DNA of 64,000 nucleotides. It comes from Perkinsus chesapeaki ATCC PRA-425 (taxonomy: Eukaryota > Protista > Perkinsozoa). The stretch is taken from contig JAAPAO010000099.1 of the NCBI GenBank assembly GCA_013115145.1, positions 1 to 64,000 of the forward strand, read 5' to 3'. Positions 47,866-59,300 of the stretch are shown in pieces. The position numbers were made by a program, and so were the translations under genes. Numbering within the stretch: the stretch's first letter is position 1; each line of letters starts with the position of its first letter. The notes under the pieces were generated by a model. That model was not told the origin of the DNA and did not search any database. It saw only the letters and a list, made by a program, of their open reading frames with translations.

Positions 47866-50762
47866 CTAGCTGCCAACAAGGACAGTGGGAGATCTCAGTG
47901 GGACTCCCGATTTCGGGACGAATACTCGTCTGATGTTCGGAGGCATCGTGCTTTGTTTACATTTCTTCTTTCGATCACTTTGCTGAGAAGCTGCAGATCC
48001 TCCAGAGAAATATCTCCTGTAACTTGTTCCGCGATGGACGCATGGTTTTGTCGGAGTAGAATAGCTACTTGTTAAATGTGAAAATGCCATAGCGAAGTGG
48101 TCCCATAGATAGCGAGAAGACGGCCTTGCACGGTCATCGGGAATCATCTGAAAGCATTGTTATTCAACGTACACACATTTATCCCAGAAAACCGCGGCAG
48201 AACGTTGAAAAATTCTTAGAAATTGACAGACTCGACACCAAGTGCGTTGAATAACGAAGACCAAACCTGGATGCGTTTTGTAGATCACTAGGTATAGGTA
48301 GAACAGGTCGACGCAGTCTTTTATTGTATGATGAACAATTGCTGAATTTCAGTTACACGAGAACTTCCAGTAACGCAAACAAGAAAAACAATGCGAGCAG
48401 AGCATCAATACTATAGTGATTCAGTGACGTCACATACTAAGACCACTACAAGGTTGCTATGTTCGATTAGAATGCAATTTGAAGGTACCCTCTTACGCAA
48501 GCGTCTGCAACATCCATCATGTCAGCTAGTTGGGCGTTTGGCGGATCCCTCAGATTCAGCCTGTCCTTAGCTCTATAAATATCTATTAAATACACAACTT
48601 GTACCATTACCAAACCAAGTGAGTAGATATCACAACTGCACTGTTGGCATAATGGATGATTCGGGCATGCGTACCTGAACCATGACATACTGAAGCCGGC
48701 AATGGGAATAGATGTACTCGACAGTAGCACATGCTGCAGTAGCGGCGCCATTATCCAGCTCCTTTACAGTAAAGCATCCACCGAAATCACACAACTTAGC
48801 TATGTATGAATGTGACAGAAGTACCTAAAGACCGACCCATATCATGAATAGGCATCATACTAGCAGAGTTGCTGATATCATATAGGGCAAGATCACTGGG
48901 TTTAGAGTTCGGAGTTCTCACTTTCATAGACAATGGCGACTCACGGTTATTGTCAGCAAAGAAATATCAATTGTCATTGACAAGAGTGCTTGTCAAAAAA
49001 CGTGATATATCTCAAATTTATTTGGAGGACTGCATAACCGAATAGACACTAATATGTCTATAATACGATGATGATGATGATGATGAAGTGATATCAGTAG
49101 TAGTTGTATTATAACACATCATAGGTGAATCTCAAATAGGGTTCTGACTCGGGAGATCCTCCTACATTAGCTGGTTTGATGTCTCGATGGACGTATCCTT
49201 GAGAATGCATAAAGTGTAGAGCTGAGCTAACATCACGTAATATACCAATTCTGGTGAGGGTAGAGGGTACCTAATAAACAACAGGTATTAAGTTATACTA
49301 TTGGCACTATAATCTGTCATGACAACTATACTCTACCGCTCAAGCGAATAAAACGGAATGAAGTGCATTTTATAGATTTCACCATCAGAACCATAGAGAA
49401 AGTAATAGAGGAACATTAGATGTTCACAGAAGGAATGCATTCAAAGTTCCCTTGTTCTAGATCAAAATTGGACATTCGTGCTAGAGGCACCTTGCCGTTC
49501 CTAGTGGGGGCATAATTCCGTCAGGGTAGATGACTCCTCGATGCTGAGAAGGATGAGATTTTAAACACCAAGTAAAGCTTCACTTTAAACGCGTATCATT
49601 GATAACACAGTATTTTGCCACATGTCTTACTGTTAAATAACAAACTCTATCGGAGCCTACATAGACAGTTCAACTGTCACAGTTGAAAAAGGCTCCCTGT
49701 GGTGAGTGACCCAACAGGAATCCACTGGGTTATGTCCCACTAGTACTATTACCGGTAATGGGCCAACACCCTCAATAACAGCCTGTAGTGACGTAGCCAT
49801 TTCTTCCATAACTATCAGACATGAGCCTTGTCCAGCAGCAGCAGCATCCTCATCATCAGCCTGTCCAGCAGCGACAAAACCAAGCATTGTGACTATGTTA
49901 GGGTGAGACTGCAGCTTGGAGAGTGTGGTGACTTCTCGGACGAATTGGGGATCTTGTCCGCCCATCGCCGGAGAACGGCCCAGTCCACGGCTGACCTGAT
50001 AAACACTCCCTTCCCGTGCACGACTGAGACCAAACCGATGGTAATACAGCTTCCAACCGTACAGCTCATATGTGAATCACCACTAACTAGTTGCTGGAGC
50101 ACGCCCATCGGAGACGTCATGTCCATTTTCCTAGCTTGTCAATATTTCTTAAGAGTCACGATTTTCGGTATCCTCATTAGAATACAGGTCGTAATTAGGT
50201 ATAGATAGTGCTACTAATATCATATACAACTGCTGTGGATTCACAGTACTAATAGTGTTATCAACCTATATGATAGTATATCCCAGGTTACCCAGTCTGG
50301 GTTGGAGCTTTGTAGAGTGATGATGACTATGATGAACGACTGACTAGACTGCTTAATATCGAGTATATTATTAGAATACACGCCTGTGAGTAGTCTCCTA
50401 TAATTATTTATTATTACCTTGATTGCACAACGGTTGTTGCCATGAACCATACCAGAGCATACATATCCGAATGTCCCACCGCCTAGATAGCCTGGATGAT
50501 GATGCTGCTGGTAATGACCACGAAGAGGGAGCGACGATGGATCAGGCGCCCTGCTCATCTGTACCTGTGATATCATTACCACTGGCAGCCGGCTGGCGAC
50601 AATGTTATTTGTTACATCCGATCTGTTCAACTGAAATTTCTTTATTTCATCTGTAATGCTGTCTTTGCCGAGCATCATGTCGCTCGTAACACCAGCAGCA
50701 GGGGGAGGAGGAGGAGGAATTGCTCCATCGTAATTGATATTTTGCTGGCGCAATTGCGCCAC
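47866..50762 (-). CDS. Ser/Thr (TKL-like) protein kinase, multi-exon
   Basis: LGGGTFGYV...CAIKV, FVREVTTLSKLQSHPNIV, LIVMEE, HRDIKPAN, KLCDFG, DIYSLGLVM, RARPS. Confidence 0.88.
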
Positions 50763-52280
50763 TTGTTGTGCATAACAGCCAGTGGCGGCATGACGATGAT
50801 CTAGTGGATAGAACTGCGCGCAGTGATGTGGGTTTAAAGCGGGGCCCTAAAACGGAACACCTCGGAAACCGTAATGGGCCTTTAAGAGGTCAGAAAGTTG
50901 CCACTGTAGAGAGCGTTTATAGAATGAAGAGTAGATCTAAGCTGTAGATAGATGCATAGACGAGCATACAGCGATGGAGTATGATACAATTCCATACTAC
51001 GTCATCGAGTGCTACTGCAGTTTCGAGTAAGCCTGCGATAATCTCTGTCGGTTATATGTGTTCAATTATATGGTCGATCCAGGTGGATGGAATAGGAAAT
51101 TGTTAGAAAGCTACTATGGCCATCGCCCCTCTTTACCATGGCTGCTGCTGCTGGTGGTGGTGGCGGGGGTTGGATTAGATTACCCGAGTGATCGAAAATA
51201 GGGGTACCTGATTATAATAGCCTATCTGAAGCAGCTCCATGGTAACTACTCAAAACCGGAAAACCCTCATATACATAGTTGTCTCTGAGTTGTCCAATAG
51301 AGGCCGTAACCCGAAATAGTACATGCCTTGTCGATAGAGTAAATACTGTATTGGTTATAGGATATAGAAAGGTGCATAATATTCCGGCAATCGCTTATAT
51401 ATCGGGACGGCATTATAGCTATATGAATTATATAACTATTAAGTAGTATTAGTATAGATAATATATAGTATAAGATATATTAAAATAACAACGTGTATAA
51501 GTCTAAAATACTAGTGTGTATTACACCTATAATAGTAATAAAATAACCACTAATAATAGTATATACTATAATAGTAATAATAGTAATTAAATATATAACC
51601 AATATAGTGTAATACCCACTATATTTTACCGGCTTTTGGACTAATACTGACTTATATACGTTGCATATTACAATTAGTCACATATTGGCCATTATTTGCC
51701 ATAATAAAGGGAACACTCCCATCCTGCTGCTGCTGCTGCTGATGATGATGTCGATCTGCCGTTTGATACTGTCCATTAAATTGATGATGCGCCGACGAGT
51801 TGGGAAAACTGTGGCGATAATCGATATTGGTGGTTGTGCAATAGTACATGGAGGAGGATGATGAGGAGCCTGAAGGGGAGGAATACCTATATAGGAGATA
51901 TTGGTAAAGGAGTTTATTAAAAGTACAATAATGATGTAAGTTTTATATTGAGAAAATATTTATTAGGAAGAAAGCGGTACGGAATAAAGGATTTCATTTT
52001 AACTAGGAATGGGAAATAACCTTCTTGTGCCAATTATCAAGTTGTCGTATCATATTAAAATGATATCGTAAAAATTGAAAGACCCAACCCGATAAAATAC
52101 ATATCCGTTAATGTGTTGGACACACCAGGTAAGCTACTATGACAAATTATTGAATATTTATGTGAATCGTCCTCTAATAGTAGCACAATATGTACCCATT
52201 CTAGCTCTGAAAAATTATAATTTTCCCGAAATTTTCATGAAATTTCCTTCCCTCACATTTTGACTGAGCCATTCACCGTA

Positions 52281-53400
52281 TCATCCCAGGCACTTACAGT
52301 TTCTAAATAAATATGCTTGCTGCTGTTGCGGCTTATATCGTATACTAATCGGACTCAGCTGTCCTTGTGGGCGAAACACCGGCTTAGGTCTCTGCCAGAA
52401 CTCTTCTTGATAGGACGGAGCGTAGCACGCTCGTCTCCCACTGTCTCGATAATCATAATAATAATTGTTCTCCGATACTGACTTGTCGTAATATGGCGGT
52501 TGTTGTTCATACGTATTGAATTGATTAGCATGAGTAAGCCCACTTAGTTCAGGAACAGGAGAGTTACCGAAAGTGTGGTAGACAGCAGCAGCAGCAACAG
52601 GTTGTCGTTCTTCTTCTTGGCTTGTTATCGTCGTCGTTGCCATCGTCATCATCATAGTTAATAATACGGAGGGGTGTTAGATGGCGACGTATTCTCGGTA
52701 AATAATGAAAAACTGACAACACCAGTGACTTTATTATAACCCCAATCAACCCCACAAGAAAACGCAGAACCGTGGTTCGGGTGCAAGAGAGGGATATGGC
52801 AATAACGACTCTCTAATAGATAATTGATATAAACGAATTTATTATATATACTAATACTTATAATATGCATTAACATTATGTATATATAACCTCGAATTTA
52901 ATACATGATCAATAGTATCATCCTTTTACTTGATATCAAACACTTTTACACTAGCAATGGTGAATATACAAGATAATAGAAATACAACGCGATGAAATTT
53001 CCGGTGAAATCCTGATCCCTCAATAACATACATAGGAACCAAATTCCATCAGTGAGCAGTAATAGTGATATACACAATCCTACAGAAAATGGGGAAGAGT
53101 ACAATAGTAGGAGATAACCTAATAACACACCTGCGGAAGGTGATACAATTGAAGGACTTGAAGGGTACTACAGGCGAAAGACAACATACTACGGCATTGT
53201 ATACTCTACAAACCCAACAAACAGTGCAGATAACAGAGCATGGAAATCTACTGCTCATGAGGAATCATAAGTTGATGAGTGCAGGATACTCGGGAGCTTG
53301 TTGTGATATCATAGCTATTGGGACAATAGCACATTTCTGAAAAATAAACCAAGTATCCGCAGCCTTCTAAGTATTTCTAGCGAGAAATTCTAACAATTGC
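52281..53400 (-). CDS. Hypothetical membrane protein exons with a Gln/Tyr-rich tail
   Basis: Hydrophobic exon peptides (LLLLTDGIWFLCMLLRDQDFTGNFIALYFYYL) and an open 124-aa segment. Confidence 0.35.
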
Positions 53401-53569
53401 TAATGCTCCTTCCTCGATGTTCGGCATGCTAGATACAATAGGATGGAATCTGAGCTATCGCATTAACCTGGAATACGGCTGCAATTCATATTATAAAATA
53501 TATGAAGGAGTTTTGCCTTTTGGGTTTGCGATCCATTATTAATCGAAATATAAAGATATTAGTACCAAC

Positions 53570-54076
53570 TTATATTACATCAAATTCGTCACCCATTTCC
53601 TTCTTTTCCCTCACAATACTTTTCCATTTTATAAAATAAGACTTCACCAAATGCCTAGAGTTTCGCCAAGTCTTGAATACTCCAGATAGCTCTATGAGTT
53701 TATCAAATGATGCCCCTCGGTCTCTAGAGCTCAGCAAAAGGTCTCGTTCTTCCATTGCATCCTCAACAATCCTACATGCCGACCCATACACGGCCTTCTT
53801 ATTGCCCTTGCTGATAGTTATCATTATACGGCATATAAACGATCCTTTATTCCACGTTATGTGATGAGGTAATGAAGTCTTCCGCCGACGACTGCGAACC
53901 AATTTACGCAAGTCCTTAGGAGAACCACCTGCCTTCTTCATTGCTTTCATAAGAGTTAGATCTACAACAGATTCTTCAACAGATCCCCTTAAGTTACCAT
54001 ATATCCGATGACCATCAATGTATATACTCGATATTAACTTACCATTATTAATATTAATACCACTAGGAACTGACAT
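53570..54076 (-). CDS. Intronless 168-aa basic protein with two repeats of a putative AP2/integrase-type beta-sheet DNA-binding module
   Basis: Repeats PSGININNGKLISSIYIDGHRIYGNLRGSVEES.. and PHHITWNKGSFICRI..AVYGSACRIVEDA..; the fold assignment is inference. Confidence 0.6.
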   Translation of the reverse strand: MSVPSGININNGKLISSIYIDGHRIYGNLRGSVEESVVDLTLMKAMKKAGGSPKDLRKLVRSRRRKTSLPHHITWNKGSFICRIMITISKGNKKAVYGSACRIVEDAMEERDLLLSSRDRGASFDKLIELSGVFKTWRNSRHLVKSYFIKWKSIVREKKEMGDEFDVI

Positions 54077-55047
54077 TTAAAGACGTTTAAACTGCTCATG
54101 AAGGTGCTCATTAAGAGCAAAACATCAATGGATCTTTCACAAGGAGAATGCTCTTTATCATTACTGTGTTCCTTAAAGATCTAACCTAGATCTATTGAGG
54201 CGAGTCCCTTAGATCATCTAAGGGACTCGCCTCAATAGTGATAAAGATGATCTTTTAAGGGGTCCCCTTGGAAACTCTTTTTTAGTGGGAATAACAACAA
54301 CAACGCCCCCCCTGAATTTCCTGTTAAAATATAAGATAAAAACAACAGGATTGCCGACCGTGTTTGTTACCAAATGACACGCTTCTATATTTGCATAAGG
54401 CTATTAATATTTAATGTGGACCCTCAGACAAATGATACAGGGTGTTCCTGGGCCCACCCTCACAGTTTCTCAATATAATAATCCAGATGAGTTGAATGCA
54501 AGGCTAACGCAAATATCGCACTAGATATCTTCTAGTGTTCTTTTGAATCACTGCTGCCACCTCGAGGTACGGATATTAAGCGATGAGTTGGCCGCCTACA
54601 TAACCCCGTTTGAATCCCTCCCTCCATTTCCCTTCACTACTATTAAACATTAGTCCTACCAACTCCACAGTCTACAGCAGTGTTAATGCTTCTCATTGAG
54701 AAGTGTATATGAAAATATGAGATAACTATCATGCATATTCCATCGGTGATAAAATGATCAATTTTTCAACCGGTTGAACTTCGAGATTCCAAGGCTTGCT
54801 GGGAATCTTGCAACCTGTGAGGTTGAACCTGAGCAGTCATATGCGGTATCCAGAACCATTCTCGCATTAATGCTCGGAAGTGCATTGAGCCCGTGGAAAA
54901 CACGACCTGGATGACAACCGTATACCTGACTTATACTAAATGGCTTTCTCGAATTTCGGGCACAACATGCATTTCTGTAATTTTACTCTCATAAACAACC
55001 AATTATATAGCTAATCTATCAAGCATGCCCAGTGACTCGAGTAACTA

Positions 55048-55734
55048 TCACTCACCTACGGCTACTCTCTGATGCCAGTGGTGGCTGCTGCTGTCTTCTC
55101 ACGTTTCTCTATCATGGCCTGTCTGTACCGAATATTCTTAAAACTTGTGGCGATGTCAACAAGCTCCTCATAGGACTTCCCGCTGCTCCTAGCGGCCAAT
55201 AACACGTCCCGTTAGGCAATGGCTTCATCGATTCCAATGCACCAAGATCCATAGATAGTCTTTTTCCCACTACCAACAGTTTTGAATACTCTACATACAT
55301 ACCCGCCTTTATTTTTTGTAATATTATTAGGCATTGCTTTACTTCCTTTTTTAATCAGGCTTTTAACCAATGCTCGGAGATCTGACAAGGAGGAAAATAC
55401 CAAAAATACAGTTCAGGGACAATTACAGGCGGAATCTGATCCAGAAATGACCGGAAATAACCCAACTAACTGGGTATATAGAGTAGAGAATGCCCCTCTG
55501 AAGTGCACGTTAGACTGATTCAAATAAGTCCCCTAAATTTTAACCTTCAACTGTGAACCCATCACTTTTAGCTTTCTCGAGGCACGCTCTGTCGTCTATG
55601 GCTTGCTCAAGCCCTTCCCGCAGAGGACCATAGACTCTCAGTAATTTACCATCGGCTTCATCATCTTCTACATATATATTAGCGATGTATTTACTACCAT
55701 TAAGGTTTACACCTTTGGGAATTACCCGGGACAT
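55048..55734 (-). pseudogene. Paralog of the 53570-54076 gene with a 163-nt intron and an in-frame TAA
   Basis: PKGVNLNGSKYIANIYV..RVYGPLR..; intron 55382-55544 (GT..AG) restores VE/DLRALVKS; EAIA*RDVLL aligns to EDAMEERDLL. Confidence 0.7.
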
Positions 55735-56355
55735 TCAAGTGACCAACCAACTGATGTTCAAAGTAAATATTGGTACCAAAGAGGGAATTTACTTTGGCAG
55801 GTGATACTGCTCGAGAGAGCTCAAAATCCTTCACGGTTTTCAATAGCCTACCCCACCTGAAATTGAAGAGCTCTCCTAGGATTGGATTTAACGTATAACA
55901 GTCGCTCCTGGGAGCGCTTCTCGGAGGAGGTCTATCGAGCCGCCCCAATATTATATACCTGTATGCTATACCAGTCTTGCATTGTCGAGGCGGATGATAT
56001 TTCGTGGCGCGCGCCATTGACTTTGAAGTCGCGCCCGCCGATCACCTTACCAATTTAGACATGTGAATGAAGGGGTGGCATACACTCTACACAAGCTGGA
56101 TGTTACTAGGGGGTCTTAACCCCTCCAGTCCTCGAAGCGAGGGGCTCCGCTTGAAGATAACGAATCATAGAATGAAGAAGTTCAACCGTTATTAATTCAA
56201 TAAATTATACATTAGCAGTTATTACAGTCGTATCAAATATCTTTAATAAATAGGAAACCTCTATTTGGTGATATCCATACGTTATTAACCAACATCTACT
56301 CAGATCTAACCGTAAAACTACTTGTATTCCCTAATAGCTGTTGGTTTGAGTCCTG

Positions 56356-59300
56356 ATGCCTCCTCCTCCTTCCCCAACCCCTCGACTCAAGGTTAATGGC
56401 CCTACTCCTCCTCCACCACCAACAGGTCCTGTGCCAAGACGGGGGGATATAACACAAACTGATAAGGCTCGACAACAACAAAGGGAGGGTGTCTCACCAA
56501 GGTACTGCTGGGGCATACACGGTTTGGGGGAATTGTCGGTATGACTTAATTTCGAGTTAAAAGTTTAATGTTTTTAATGTTTTTCTCAGTTATGGACTCT
56601 TAGGTCTTTTAGGTTAATTTTGCACTCAATTCATCTCCACAGCGTAATCTTTTGTACTCTGGTCTCCTTGTCGCCTAATTTAATACTAGTACTGTACCCC
56701 CCTATAGGTCTGCCACCAGTCCACGTGCGGACAGTGGACTCCTTCCCCTGGAGGTATCCAAAATGGTAGAGATCAACCCAGACGTTATAGGCAGACCCGA
56801 GCGGCGCGCCAAGGTGCGGTGGTGTCATGTGGAGATTTGTTAATTAATCATTAGGTCTACAGTTTGGATGTTGGGGGCACATGGGTTGATAGAGGCACAG
56901 GTTTTGTCGATATTGTTGTTGCTGATGATAGTGAAGCAATAGACCAGATAGAGGAGGGGAATGCATGGATAGTGGTAGTTATATTAGGACGGGGGACGGT
57001 TAAGTGGGTGACATGCTTCAGGTGGCACCAGAAGTGGGTCGAAAGAGCTCGGAAGCTGCCAGAAATGGCAAAGAAACCGGCGGGGATAAGTTGATTTTGC
57101 AATCACCTATACAAGCTAAGGATTGCTATAGTCGGCATACGCCTTCTATATTAATATGGACTGAGCTTGATCAGAGACAGGTAGTAGGATGGTAATGATA
57201 TTGCGGGGTTAATTCATTGGAGGGTATTTCAACATACTAGGCTATTCAATCTTACTCTATATTGGCGCATACACGGTGCAGTTGCGACCTCTGTACGTAC
57301 TTGGATTCCCCTAGTTACCGGGCAATGTTTGAGTTAGCTCCTTGTGAAAAAATAAATGAAGTTGGTATTCAGCGGTTGGATATTAGGTGTCAGTATGCTT
57401 TAATGCCTCAGACCGATATTGCTATAAGCTTTCAAGATAGAGCTGGTGCAATACAAATATGGAATATGATACAGGAGGTTAATAAGGAGGTAAAATGGTG
57501 GTACTGTGATAATAGTTATTCTCGACGATTGTAGATGCTGAATGGATCTCCTAGATCCAGTGGTGGTAGTAGTACACCAACCAGTTCCCCTCGATCAAGT
57601 GCTGCGGGGGCGTCTAAAGAACGATCGTTGTCTGCTGATAGTAGCAGTAGGAGTAGTAGGACTGCATCGTGGGGCGCTACACCTGATGATGATGTTAGTA
57701 ATGGTAATATAAAGGGAAGGTTGATGATGGGGTTGATAGGTAATAATAGTAGGTACACTTGGACCACAGGAACCTCTTATACCATATCCAACAATGAATA
57801 ACATTATGCATGTAGTCAGTGCTTTAAAGGAGGCTGGTAGTACTATATGGGATATTACCGCTATTACTGCTGCTTCTGCTGTTATCATCCTGAATAATAA
57901 AATAGGCTCATGAAATCGGTGTTATAACAGCTCTTATGTATATCTATTAAAGTATCTGGACCACACGGGGGCCATATTTCCGGCAGTTGAGAGTGACCTA
58001 TATGATATGGTTGCAAATAAAGGAAATTTACATATTAATGAAATACAAGTCGAATCCTCCCCTTGTTGACGAGTCGTTCATTGCGTATGGTTACCGCCAA
58101 TGCTGGCTGCTTTTTAGGCGAAAAGTTCCCGATTACATTTCATCGTCGAGTGGTAGAAGAGGTAGTATTGTTAATTATAATATCTATCCAGGTCTTGGTG
58201 CATGGGGGATATTAGGTTACATCACCCGAATGGAAGGGATGCCTATGTAGAGTATTTCATGAAGCTGAATCCAGTGGTAATGAAGATGTCTGTGCTGGCA
58301 CAGCGGCAGTGGTAGTAAGGGCACTGGAGGAGGGATACTAATCGAGTATTACTTATGCCGAATATATAGAATTGAAACTTGCACAATGTTCTTGCCGAGA
58401 ATTGGGAGGTTTATCGGACTGTGGCGCCACCGAATCGGTATGGAAAATACACCTCTAAATGTTGGGCGAAAATGGTAGTAATTGATCGCAGTTCCTTGGG
58501 GACGGTATGTTCGTAGGAGCACATGCAAATACTGAAATATAGTATCATCCAAGGCTCTTTTATACCAATACATTCGGTACTCTGCCTGGGCAACTGAGAG
58601 GCAGCTGCAGACGATGAGCTGGTTAGTATCGTGAAGTGTATTATCATTTCTCAATGGCAGCGACGTTGCACCATTAGTAATGCTGGAGTCCCCTTGCGCA
58701 TCCACATCGCAATCATGTAGAGATACAAACCTTTCCACAACGTATTCATAAGCGCGCTATATAGATGTGTTATAAGGTATTCCCCAGGGCGGATGATCAT
58801 CACTGTCTTACTTAGGATTTTATTATTTCTCAAGTGGTGGCATTTCAGGTTCGAGCATTAATCGGTCAGAATGAGGCAGATGTACTGTATAGCCTTATAC
58901 AGAGTGAGGATATCTATATGGATATATTAGGGATGTTAGAGCATGACGGTAATAGGGAATGGCAGGGGCAGTGCAGCAGCAGCAGCAGTAGAGTAGATGA
59001 GTTAAACAGTCATTGATGGCTATCTCAGCTACGTATCGTCAAGCAAAGCATCGGTCATTTGTAAGCCAATACCATCCTCCATCAAATAGGGTATGTTTCC
59101 CTCCTACTATATTGGACTGCGTACATCTGAACTATCGGATTGGATATCTAAGAGATTCAGTATTGGCAGCACTCATTGATGAGCAGTCCTTCACGACATT
59201 TGCAACTCTACAGTAAGACAACGGGTGCGGGTTTCGGGTTTTAATTCGGGTTTTGGGTTTTATTATGCGAAATAGATGGCAATCGTAGAGAAGTACTCCA

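Noticed and set aside
59222-59260. GGGTTT repeats as an interstitial telomere
   Set aside because: Too short and irregular; better read as a transposon subterminal remnant or low complexity.
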